Shown one piece after another: positions 39,463-47,582 of a DNA stretch of 64,000 bases. This DNA is from an uncultured Collinsella sp. (lineage in GTDB: Bacteria > Actinomycetota > Coriobacteriia > Coriobacteriales > Coriobacteriaceae). The translations under genes and the position numbers were made by a program. Position 1 is the first letter of the stretch. Each line of letters opens with the position of its first letter. The notes below the pieces were generated by a model. That model had not been told where the DNA came from, searched no databases, and saw nothing but the letters and a program-made list of their open reading frames with translations. Location of the stretch: the NCBI GenBank assembly GCA_958413455.1, contig CATYUU010000004.1:8-64007 (forward strand). Reading direction: 5' to 3'.

Positions 39463-39854
39463 ACACCGACGATTTCACCCAGCCGCTCGAAAGCGTGATG
39501 CGGCAAGAGCGAATGGCGGTCTACCCGCTTCCGCTCAAGATTCAAGACCGCGCAGAGCTGTTCGCCAAATGGTGCGAACTGAACCCCAAGACGCTTCGAA
39601 GCATCGAGCTCACGGCCTTGGCTATCCATCAGCGCGGCATGCGCGTATCGACCAAGTACCTCATCGAAAAGCAGCGCTACGAGGGTTCGCATCAGATTAC
39701 GGGTGTTCCGTTCATGGATGGAAACGGACAAGAACACGCCTATGCCATCAACAACACGGATACGCCGCTTCTGAGCCGTTGGCTCTTGGAGAGACACCCC
39801 GATCTGAACATCGAGACGCGCAAGTCTGTCTATGACACGAAGAAAGAGGGCTGA
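39459..39854 (+). CDS. Hypothetical phage protein
   Basis: Coupled ORF with phage-like codon usage. Confidence 0.7.
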   Translation: MNTDDFTQPLESVMRQERMAVYPLPLKIQDRAELFAKWCELNPKTLRSIELTALAIHQRGMRVSTKYLIEKQRYEGSHQITGVPFMDGNGQEHAYAINNTDTPLLSRWLLERHPDLNIETRKSVYDTKKEG

Positions 39855-39855
39855 C

Positions 39856-40110
39856 ATGCTGCGCAAGAACATCGTCAAGCAGCTTCGCGAAGTTTCCGAC
39901 GTTGCTCACTGCATCGAGGATTGCCACATCGGCAACAGCGTCACCGGCGAACGCATCGACTTCGATGCCGCGTTTGTGAGCGAAATCATCTGCTCAACGC
40001 TCGCGTACGCGTCTGTGCTGGTCGATAGCCGCTTGAAGGCGGGAAACCCCGAAGACCATCTGATGACAATCATCCGAACCGCGAGCCAGAAGTATGTCGA
40101 GCGGTTGTGA
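39856..40110 (+). CDS. Hypothetical phage protein
   Basis: GAGG RBS; tightly packed operon. Confidence 0.6.
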   Translation: MLRKNIVKQLREVSDVAHCIEDCHIGNSVTGERIDFDAAFVSEIICSTLAYASVLVDSRLKAGNPEDHLMTIIRTASQKYVERL

Positions 40111-40336
40111 CCAGCTGAGCTTGTTCGAAGAGCCGCCGATGCCAGAGCCTGGCACATGCGAGTACGAGAACGGCGTTTTCGACGCCACGGGCAACAAGCC
40201 GAAAAGCAGGTGCATGTTTCGCGGCGTCTTGATCTGGACGAACTGCCGAGAGTGCGGCCACTGCGTATGGGAGGGCTGGCATCTTCGTGGCATGAGCAAG
40301 GGGCTTGTGATGGAAGAAGGAGGTGAAGACGAATGA
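40094..40336 (+). CDS. Hypothetical Cys-rich phage protein
   Basis: QLSLF motif and CRECGHC; overlaps both neighbours. Confidence 0.6.
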   Translation: MSSGCDQLSLFEEPPMPEPGTCEYENGVFDATGNKPKSRCMFRGVLIWTNCRECGHCVWEGWHLRGMSKGLVMEEGGEDE

Positions 40337-40776
40337 TGGTTGCCAAGGAGGTTCACGACAAGGCGCAAGACCCTATGGCGTGGTTCCAGCACGACTCAAA
40401 CGCCGCGCAAGACCAGAAGTGCCAACGATTGCTGTTCCGCTATGGAAACGCTGGGTATGGCGCATTCTGGCGGCTGTGCGAGATTCTGGCGAACACCACG
40501 ACGCACTCTTTGCCCGTGGAGACGGACGAGGACTGGCTGATACTCGCCGAACAGATTGGCATGCGCAAGTCTGGCGCGTTCGACGAGATTTCAAGCGTCG
40601 ACGATTGCAAGGACTTCATCGGCTGTCTTCTTGAGATCGGCTTGCTGACGCGCGACGGAAAAGGGCGCATCGAAAGCGCGAGGATGCAGAAAAACGCTCT
40701 GTATTTCGGCATGCAAAGGGCGAACGGAGCCAAAGACGGGAGACCTCGCAAGAACAAGTCAGAGCCGATGAAATAG
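40333..40776 (+). CDS. Phage replication initiator N-terminal-type protein (Lin1244/DUF4373-like)
   Basis: WFQHDSNA...L...YGNAGYGAFWRLCE and NGAKDGRPRK motifs typical of replisome organisers. Confidence 0.7.
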   Translation: MMVAKEVHDKAQDPMAWFQHDSNAAQDQKCQRLLFRYGNAGYGAFWRLCEILANTTTHSLPVETDEDWLILAEQIGMRKSGAFDEISSVDDCKDFIGCLLEIGLLTRDGKGRIESARMQKNALYFGMQRANGAKDGRPRKNKSEPMK

Positions 40777-41090
40777 CAGGTCAAAGGCGGTAAAACGGAT
40801 GTTCATGGAAGAAACCAGCGGTAAACCATCGGTTTGCGATTGGCTAAACCCTAACAATACAATACATAACAATACAGGGCGGGTTTTGGGTTGGGTCACA
40901 ACCCAACCCAAACCCAAAACCCGCAAACGTGCTTGTAGCGTTATGTGACAAGTAAGTCTTACTTTCTTTGCTTCTTTCTTTGCGGACGTTCGTTTTCGCG
41001 TCAGGTTTTCGAGCTTTTCAATCGCTCAAATCATAGTTTTCAACACGTTTTCCACAAGTTTTCAACAATCGAAGAGTTTTCAACAAAGGA
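40777..41090. other. Putative phage replication origin
   Basis: Non-coding; tandem 11-mers, AACAATAC repeats, a 14-bp inverted repeat, a pyrimidine tract and four DnaA-box-like 9-mers, directly after the initiator gene. Confidence 0.6.
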
Positions 41091-41101
41091 CGGTGATTCA
41101 C

Positions 41102-41269
41102 ATGTCTTGGCGAAGCTATGCCAACAAGGTCAAAACGCGGCGGTGCCCGTTCTGCGGCACGGAACATCCGCTTGATTGGTTCATCGAAATCGACAAGCCG
41201 ACGGGAGACAAGCACTGCTGGAAGTGCCGCGAGCTGAAGAAAGGAGAAGGCAATGACCGCATCGGATAG
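41102..41269 (+). CDS. Small zinc-finger protein (55 aa), not in the ORF track
   Basis: MSWRSYANKVKTRRCPFCGTEH...HCWKCRE; GGTGA RBS. Confidence 0.6.
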   Translation: MSWRSYANKVKTRRCPFCGTEHPLDWFIEIDKPTGDKHCWKCRELKKGEGNDRIG

Positions 41270-41771
41270 CCGCAAGGTACAGAAAATCGTGTTTGATGTT
41301 GCCCAAGACCCTATACCGCGTGATTGCAAGTTGCCAATGGAGCTGACGCGGGACATTCTGCGCAACATGTTCGCCGAGCGGTTCGGGTACTCAGACCTTA
41401 CTCCAAACGATATTGACGCGCTGGAAGGCTTCATTGCCATCGAGCTTGCGCGATACAACAGAGAGTGCTCGTACGCAAGAAATACCAACATGCACACCTC
41501 GCATCGCGGCAAGATCTGTTCAAAGATCAGGATGAATCATCGCACTGGCGGCATTGAATCGGCCTTCTTGTCTTGCGATGGCTCGTACTTCACTGGTCGC
41601 GAAGCGATTTCGTTCAACTCAGATGGGTTCATTGGCTTTTGCGGATGGGCCGACGATAAGAACTCGACGCCTTTTTTCGTCGCGTTCTACCGCTGGGTCA
41701 ATGAATGGCTCGACAACAGCTTCGGCGGCCATTATCGAGAGCTTTTTGAGGTGGCCGAAGATGGCGAGTGA
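41253..41771 (+). CDS. Hypothetical phage protein
   Basis: AGGAG RBS; YFTGREAISFNSDGFIGFCGWADDKN stretch. Confidence 0.7.
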   Translation: MTASDSRKVQKIVFDVAQDPIPRDCKLPMELTRDILRNMFAERFGYSDLTPNDIDALEGFIAIELARYNRECSYARNTNMHTSHRGKICSKIRMNHRTGGIESAFLSCDGSYFTGREAISFNSDGFIGFCGWADDKNSTPFFVAFYRWVNEWLDNSFGGHYRELFEVAEDGE

Positions 41772-42120
41772 GGAAAGCCGTGTTTTGCGGCTGATTGAAC
41801 CTCAGGGAGACCCGGACATCATCGAATGCGACGGCAGGCTGTATGTGCCTGACGAAGAGTGCGAGTTCGTTCCAGAAGAGTTCGACACCGTGTGGGATGA
41901 GGAAAACCAGTGCTTGCGGATTGCCAAGCCTTCGGATGATTGTGACTGCTTCACGTGTTCGAAATGCGGCCAAGAGCTGACGTTCGATTGGAGCGGCGAA
42001 TACAGCTGGTTCGAGCCTGAATACCCGTACAAACCTATCAGCTTGAAATACTGCCCTGGATGCCGTGCAAGGGTTCTGTTCCCGCATCCGTGGCTTGGCA
42101 TGAAGGAGGTCGAGGAATGA
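41761..42120 (+). CDS. Zinc-ribbon phage protein
   Basis: CSKCG...KYCPGC; GAGG RBS. Confidence 0.65.
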   Translation: MASEESRVLRLIEPQGDPDIIECDGRLYVPDEECEFVPEEFDTVWDEENQCLRIAKPSDDCDCFTCSKCGQELTFDWSGEYSWFEPEYPYKPISLKYCPGCRARVLFPHPWLGMKEVEE

Positions 42121-42299
42121 AGATCAAGCTTTGCCCATTCTGCGGCGGCAAAGCATGGGCGTATAGCGGAAGCACCTATCACTTCGAATCTGGTTTTGGG
42201 TGGATTTGCGCATGTAAAGCGTGCGATGCACAGGGCGAAATCGGAAAGACGAAAGCGGAAGCGATTAGGAACTGGAACAGAAGGGATGGCAAGGAATGA
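42117..42299 (+). CDS. Lar-family restriction alleviation protein
   Basis: LCPFCGG...CKAC...AIRNWNRR signature. Confidence 0.75.
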   Translation: MKIKLCPFCGGKAWAYSGSTYHFESGFGWICACKACDAQGEIGKTKAEAIRNWNRRDGKE

Positions 42300-42700
42300 T
42301 TTGCATCGTCGGCACTCGCGGATCGGGGAAAACGACACGGTTGCTTGAGCTTTCCGCTCAAAGCGGCGTTCCGATTGCCGTAAAGGACGTAATGCATGCC
42401 ACGTGGCTTCGGCGCTATATGAGCCAATGCGGAATTGAAGCACCCGACCCAATTGTCGTTGGTCGTGGAATCTATAGAGGGGGACGCTTTGCCTCAATTG
42501 AGGTAAAGCGAGATTCCGACGGAATGGTTCCAGTCCTTATTGACGACGTTCGTGCTTTTTTTGGCGATATGGGCATCAGAGCCGAAGCGGTAACCATAGA
42601 TGCCGATGCCGTCAACTTCGAGTTCGCAATCAAGGCAAATCCGACACTGGTTAACTGCCTGCGCGTCTGGCGCAACTGTAAGAAAGGCGGCAAGGAATGA
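42296..42700 (+). CDS. Small P-loop-containing phage protein
   Basis: GTRGSGKTT Walker A, VLIDD Walker B-like. Confidence 0.6.
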   Translation: MICIVGTRGSGKTTRLLELSAQSGVPIAVKDVMHATWLRRYMSQCGIEAPDPIVVGRGIYRGGRFASIEVKRDSDGMVPVLIDDVRAFFGDMGIRAEAVTIDADAVNFEFAIKANPTLVNCLRVWRNCKKGGKE

Positions 42701-43014
42701 CTTCATACGTCAAACGCGTCGGCGATCTGACCGACGAGGATGGTTTTGTGGATTGCTACGCAACGGAAGCAAGCACTGATTCTGCTTTTGATCCCGTTAC
42801 GAAGCCATCGCATTACGCTGGGCACACCGGCATCGATTGCAAGTCGGCAATGGAGTCGATGCTTGGAACCGAAGCGTACGTGTCCCACATGCAAGCATGC
42901 GCGTTCAAGTACATCTGGCGATGGCGCGACAAGAACGGCATCGAAGACCTCAAGAAGGCGCGAGAGTGCATCGGCAACATGATTCGCGCGATTGAAGGTG
43001 ATGGGGATGAGTAG
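42697..43014 (+). CDS. DUF3310-family phage protein
   Basis: DPVTKPSHY...KYIWRW..KNGIEDLKKA. Confidence 0.8.
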   Translation: MTSYVKRVGDLTDEDGFVDCYATEASTDSAFDPVTKPSHYAGHTGIDCKSAMESMLGTEAYVSHMQACAFKYIWRWRDKNGIEDLKKARECIGNMIRAIEGDGDE

Positions 43015-43177
43015 CGTCAAGCTTGGCTTCGAGATTAAGGGCAAAGCAATACACGCAAAGACCGAGGACATTGAGAACGCGGTAAAAGATCTAACGGTGT
43101 CCCTGTTGTTCCTCGCGCATTTGTTCGGCGTCTCTGGCGTGTCGGTGACGATAACGCGTGGTGATTCCGATGAGTAG
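43007..43177 (+). CDS. Hypothetical phage protein
   Basis: Overlapping start/stop packing. Confidence 0.5.
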   Translation: MSSVKLGFEIKGKAIHAKTEDIENAVKDLTVSLLFLAHLFGVSGVSVTITRGDSDE

Positions 43178-43367
43178 GCTTGGCAAGCGCCATGTGCTCG
43201 AAAACCTCTGCATGGTCTCGCAGGACATGAGCAGGCGCATCCTGACGTGCGAGAAGCGCGAGCGCGAGAGCGTGAAAGTCAGCTACGAAGACCTCGTTAT
43301 GTGGTCTGACATCGTTGGCGATGCTATAGAGGTAATCAATGACAAGGGCGGAAGCCATGAGCGTTGA
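43170..43367 (+). CDS. Hypothetical phage protein
   Basis: Overlapping start/stop packing. Confidence 0.5.
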   Translation: MSRLGKRHVLENLCMVSQDMSRRILTCEKRERESVKVSYEDLVMWSDIVGDAIEVINDKGGSHER

Positions 43368-44562
43368 GGTCAAGCAAGACGCGAAAGGCGTTTGGTATGC
43401 GCGCCCGTATCTCGGTACCGCGCCTGACGGCACGAAGATTCGCCCATATCGGCAGTTTCCCGAAGCGGCAACGAGGGCGCAGGCTCAAGAGCTGGCGAAC
43501 CATTGGATTTCGCAGCTTTCCGCTGGCGGCAAGGTAAAGAGCGCCATCATAACCGACTTGCTCAAGACGTATATCGCCGAGCGCCAGGTTAAAGGCATCA
43601 GCCCTTACACGGTAAAGCGGTGGAACCTGTTCGCGCGCTCGTATGTGGGCAAGTACCTCAAAGGCAAATCTGCCTGCAAGTTGTCGGTAATGGATTTGAG
43701 CGACTTCGAAACGCGCTTGCTGCTCCCGAAGGAGAAACGCGGGCAAGGCTTGTCCCGCAACACCGTCCGAAGCGTGCATTTCTTCTTGCGTGGCGCATAC
43801 AACCATTGGGTCAAAAGCGGCGTGTGCGAGATGAACCCGCTGTTTTACGTGGAGCCGCCTGCCGAGGAAAAGCACGAAGCCGTGGCGCTTGATGAATGGG
43901 ACTATCCAGGGCTTGACGAGGCCATTACGGCTTCTCTGCATCCAGATGAGCTGAGTGAGAGGACTATGCGTGAAGCAGCCTACGCGTTCGCCGCGTGGCT
44001 TGCACTGCATACGGGCATGCGCGTCGGCGAGGTGTGCGCGATGCGTCGCCGAGATGTTTTTAGGCGGCTTGGGTACCTCCATGTATGCGGCAAGATTGTC
44101 GAACTTGACGGCGGCGGGCTTGATCGCGTGGATGTTACTAAAGGCCGAAAGAGTCGAAACGTTTCCATGACGGCACGGGAATTCGAGACGGTTTTCGGTT
44201 TCATCGCGTTGCAGGACGCGTTTTCCGAAGCCTTCACGCCGAACTCGCCGCTGGTGAGCTTTAACGGTTCGTTCATGCGCCCCACAACGGTTTCGAAGGC
44301 TTTTACCCGCTTGCGCAACCGTCTAGGGCTTCCAAGTGGATGCACGTTTCACAGCCTGCGGCACACGCATGCCACGTGGCTTCTGGCGAACGGCGCGAAC
44401 CTTAAGGACATCGCCGAGCGCTTCGGCCACGCTAATGAATCGACCACGCTTAGGCTTTACGCGCACGCCATGCCGGGGCGCGACCAGAGGGCGGCAGAGG
44501 TGTTCGACAAGTTTACCGATGAGCTCAAGGGGGACGGTGCCAATGGTGTGCCAACGGCATAG
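43357..44562 (+). CDS. Tyrosine recombinase/integrase
   Basis: HTGMRVGE (R), TKG (K), HSLRH (HxxR), GHANESTTLRLY (H, Y); N-terminal arm-binding-like domain. Confidence 0.92.
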   Translation: MSVEVKQDAKGVWYARPYLGTAPDGTKIRPYRQFPEAATRAQAQELANHWISQLSAGGKVKSAIITDLLKTYIAERQVKGISPYTVKRWNLFARSYVGKYLKGKSACKLSVMDLSDFETRLLLPKEKRGQGLSRNTVRSVHFFLRGAYNHWVKSGVCEMNPLFYVEPPAEEKHEAVALDEWDYPGLDEAITASLHPDELSERTMREAAYAFAAWLALHTGMRVGEVCAMRRRDVFRRLGYLHVCGKIVELDGGGLDRVDVTKGRKSRNVSMTAREFETVFGFIALQDAFSEAFTPNSPLVSFNGSFMRPTTVSKAFTRLRNRLGLPSGCTFHSLRHTHATWLLANGANLKDIAERFGHANESTTLRLYAHAMPGRDQRAAEVFDKFTDELKGDGANGVPTA

Positions 44563-44670
44563 CCGCGCCAATTTTGTCACCGCCAACAAAAAGAAAGGTC
44601 AGACCGCAAAACCAGCGGTTTTGAAAACGACAACCGACGTATTTCAAGTAAGAATCAGGAGATAGTGAAA

Positions 44671-44988
44671 ATGGTACCGATTTTGACCGAAGAACAAAGG
44701 CAAGAGAACCTTGCTAAGGGAATGCAGATAAGGCATCAGCGAGCTGAGTATCGCGAGCAGTTGAAGAAGGGCGCTTTGCCGCTTGAGAAGTTCTTTGAGC
44801 TTGCGGATGAAGGAGATCAGGCGGCATCGGGCATGCGCGTCAAGCAGATGATTACGGCTTTGCCTGGATACGCCGAGACCCGTGCCGATGCGCTCATGAA
44901 GAAGCTGCGCATAGCAAGCGGTCGCAAGGTGAAGGGCTTGGGCAAGAACCAGCGGGCAAACCTGCTGTCTACGCTGGTGAGGTGGTAG
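44671..44988 (+). CDS. mihF: Actinobacterial integration host factor (mIHF/sIHF-like)
   Basis: PILTEEQRQENLAK...RAE..EQLKKG...MRVKQMITALPG...LRIASGRKVKGLGKNQR matches the mIHF H2TH pattern; AGGAG RBS. Confidence 0.8.
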   Translation: MVPILTEEQRQENLAKGMQIRHQRAEYREQLKKGALPLEKFFELADEGDQAASGMRVKQMITALPGYAETRADALMKKLRIASGRKVKGLGKNQRANLLSTLVRW

Positions 44989-44990
44989 GC

Positions 44991-45221
44991 ATGCGCAAGC
45001 GAGATGATTACCGTGTTGCGGTTAAGAGCGTCACTCTGCTCATTACAATGGCAGCCTGCCTGCTCATTGTCGGCCTGTTGTTCCTATCGTTTTGCGTAGT
45101 GGAAGCGCTCGTGTTGCTCTTCACTGGCGGTGCGTTCTCGCTGGTGTTCCCTGCAATCGCTACCGCTGTTGCAGTGTTTGTAATCATGGCGCTTGCCCTG
45201 GTGGCTGGAGGTGCCGAATGA
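44991..45221 (+). CDS. Small two-TM membrane protein
   Basis: Highly hydrophobic; ATGA coupled to ssb. Confidence 0.6.
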   Translation: MRKRDDYRVAVKSVTLLITMAACLLIVGLLFLSFCVVEALVLLFTGGAFSLVFPAIATAVAVFVIMALALVAGGAE

Positions 45222-45652
45222 GCGCGGAGAGTTTGAACACCTGCACGCTGAGCGGAAATCTTGGCAACGACGCCGAGGTGAAATACACGGCTGGCGGCAT
45301 GGCAATTACGGTGTTTTCGCTTGCCGTCAATCACCGCCGCAAGCAGCAAGATGGTAGCTATGCAGATGAGACTAGCTGGGTCGATTGCACGATATTTGGC
45401 AAGCGCGGCGAATCGCTGCAAGCTAATGGCTACCTGCAAAAAGGCGCAAAGCTTGCCGTCGTAGGACACCTGCGCATGAGCACGTGGGAAGCAGACGGCC
45501 AACGCCACCGCAAGCTAGAGGTCATCGTTGACAACGTTATCGGCATGACCAACTACAGGCAGCCGCAACAGCCGCAGGCTCAGCAGCCGTACCAGGCTCA
45601 ACCGCAGCAGGCATACGTGCCTGACGTTTACAACGAAGACATTCCGTTTTAA
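45218..45652 (+). CDS. ssb: Single-stranded DNA-binding protein
   Basis: LSGNLGNDAE...FSLAVN...W..CTIFG; acidic EDIPF tail. Confidence 0.93.
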   Translation: MSAESLNTCTLSGNLGNDAEVKYTAGGMAITVFSLAVNHRRKQQDGSYADETSWVDCTIFGKRGESLQANGYLQKGAKLAVVGHLRMSTWEADGQRHRKLEVIVDNVIGMTNYRQPQQPQAQQPYQAQPQQAYVPDVYNEDIPF

Positions 45653-45661
45653 GGGGCAGAT

Positions 45662-46099
45662 ATGCAAGGACGAAAACTAAACGTGAAGCTGCTCGACGGC
45701 GCAGAGCTGCCGCGTTACGCACACGATGGAGATGCGGGCTTCGACTTGTGCATCACCGAGGATTGCAGGCTTGAACCGAACGCGAGCGCGATTGTCGGTC
45801 TCGGATGCGCGTTCGAGATTCCGAGCGGGTGTGTCGGCCTGGTGTTTCCGCGCTCGGGGCTTGGCGGCATGTACGGCGTCACGCTTCGAAACAGCGTTGG
45901 CGTTATCGACAGCGGCTTTCGCGGCGAGGTGTGCGCACCGCTCGTCAATCTAAGTTGCGATACCGTGTTCCTACCGAAGGGCTCGCGTGTATGCCAGATG
46001 GCCGTTGTGCCGTTCGTGCCGTGCGATCTGGTGGAAGTCGATAAGCTGAGCGACACCGAGCGCGGCGAAGACGGCTTCGGCTCTACCGGCATCGAGTAG
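45662..46099 (+). CDS. dut: dUTPase
   Basis: DAGFDL, PRSGL, GVIDSGFRGE, RGEDGFGSTG. Confidence 0.95.
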   Translation: MQGRKLNVKLLDGAELPRYAHDGDAGFDLCITEDCRLEPNASAIVGLGCAFEIPSGCVGLVFPRSGLGGMYGVTLRNSVGVIDSGFRGEVCAPLVNLSCDTVFLPKGSRVCQMAVVPFVPCDLVEVDKLSDTERGEDGFGSTGIE

Positions 46100-46108
46100 G
46101 CGATTGTC

Positions 46109-46555
46109 GTGGATGCCAGGGAATACTTTGAGGGCATACGCGACGAGGTGGCGAGCCTTGAGAAGTCAAGAGAAATGCTTGCACGTCTCAAGGCTCGTGA
46201 AGGGGCAAAGGCTCAGAGTTATACGGCTGGCGGCGGTGGTGGTTCGTGTGACCCTATGGATGCGATCAACGGGCGCATCGACTTTGAGCAACGCTTGAAG
46301 CTGCGCATCGTTGAAAGCAATGCCGCCGTTGATGAAGCCTGTGCCGTGCTGTATGGCAACGACAATCACGGCGGCTTGGCAAAACTCAAGGGCAACCGAT
46401 ACGCCGATGCGGTATGTATGGGCTACTGCCAGGCGATGCCATGGGCTGACGTTGCTGTTGTTATGCAGTGTTCTCCCAAGTGGTGCCGCGAATTGTGCAA
46501 TGCCGCGTTCAGGTATATCGATGCCGTTGGCGTGGCGTGGCTAAAGGAAAATTAA
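46109..46555 (+). CDS. Late-gene transcriptional activator (RinA/ArpU-like)
   Basis: Position just before the HNH/terminase module; C-terminal sigma-region-4-like HTH (PWADVAVVMQCSPKW). Confidence 0.6.
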   Translation: MDAREYFEGIRDEVASLEKSREMLARLKAREGAKAQSYTAGGGGGSCDPMDAINGRIDFEQRLKLRIVESNAAVDEACAVLYGNDNHGGLAKLKGNRYADAVCMGYCQAMPWADVAVVMQCSPKWCRELCNAAFRYIDAVGVAWLKEN

Positions 46556-46670
46556 AAACAGTACTTCCCTTCACTTCCCGCTTTATGCTAAAGTTCGCTA
46601 CGGTGGATTAGGTAAACGAAAGGGACACGGGCTTCGGCTCGCGTCCCTTTTTTGTTGGGAAGGTACGGCG

Positions 46671-47000
46671 ATGGCTAAGGGCTTCTCATACCGCTTCTAT
46701 CACTCGACCGACTGGGAACAGGCTCGCGAGCAGGCATTGCAACGCGATTGCTACCTTTGCCAGCATTGCTTGGCTCAAGGAGTAGAGACACCAGCGGTCA
46801 TGGTTCATCACATCGTGGAGCTGACTCCAGCGAACGTCAACGATCCGAACATCAACACAAACCTCGACAACCTAGTGAGCCTGTGCGACCTGTGCCACAA
46901 GAAGGTGCACGGCTGGGTAAGGCAAGGCAGCACTAGGCAAGGCTTGGCGTTCGACGAGGACGGCAACTTGGTTTCGTTGAACGGTGAACACACAGACTGA
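46671..47000 (+). CDS. HNH endonuclease (terminase-associated)
   Basis: CQHC...VHHI...NLVSLCDLCH..H. Confidence 0.9.
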   Translation: MAKGFSYRFYHSTDWEQAREQALQRDCYLCQHCLAQGVETPAVMVHHIVELTPANVNDPNINTNLDNLVSLCDLCHKKVHGWVRQGSTRQGLAFDEDGNLVSLNGEHTD

Positions 47001-47153
47001 GCACAATTCGCAGCTCACAAAACAGAGACAACAAAACAGCAGGTCAGAGCGACGCAGCATCCCCCCGTTCGAAAACCAAGGCTACCAGCCTAGGGCACCA
47101 ACGCCGGGAGGTAGATTTATGCGCGCAGAGGTTTTCAGAACGGGGGTGGTCTT

Positions 47154-47582
47154 GTGGCAAAGCGAAAAGTATGCGAAAGTACCGAGATTTCGCCGAAAGT
47201 CGCGAAGAGCCCCCCGAAGCGGAACGGGCAATCGGTGCAATCGCTCTATCAAAACGAGTTGAAACGCTTGCAGCGCTTGACCAAGGACGTCATTCCAGAC
47301 GACAAGCGCACAGCCATCATGCCGCTCATGTCGAACATCGCGTTTCTGAAAGTGAAACTCGACCAAGCTCGCGTGGAGCTGATGGGCGAAAGCATCTTCA
47401 CTGAGTACGACAACGGCGGCGGTCAATCGGGCTTGCGCGAGCATCCAGGCTTTTCCGCGTACAACAAGCTGTTCACAACGTTCTCGCGTGGTATCAAGCA
47501 GATCACCGATATGATGCCGAGCGGCAGCACCTCAGCCGATGCGCTCATGGACTACCTGAACGAGACGAGGTTCGGTGGCTAG
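47154..47582 (+). CDS. Terminase small subunit
   Basis: EYDNGGGQSGLREHP motif; directly upstream of terL. Confidence 0.75.
   Translation: MAKRKVCESTEISPKVAKSPPKRNGQSVQSLYQNELKRLQRLTKDVIPDDKRTAIMPLMSNIAFLKVKLDQARVELMGESIFTEYDNGGGQSGLREHPGFSAYNKLFTTFSRGIKQITDMMPSGSTSADALMDYLNETRFGG

Noticed and set aside
40945..41175. 76-aa ORF across the origin region
   Set aside because: Low-complexity translation of the repeat and DnaA-box-like tract with no RBS; overlaps the better-supported 41102-41269 ORF
43357..44562. Tyrosine integrase marking the boundary of a second, separate prophage
   Set aside because: Co-oriented and overlapping with flanking early genes, with no repressor, tRNA fragment or module duplication; treated as internal, though a mosaic origin cannot be excluded
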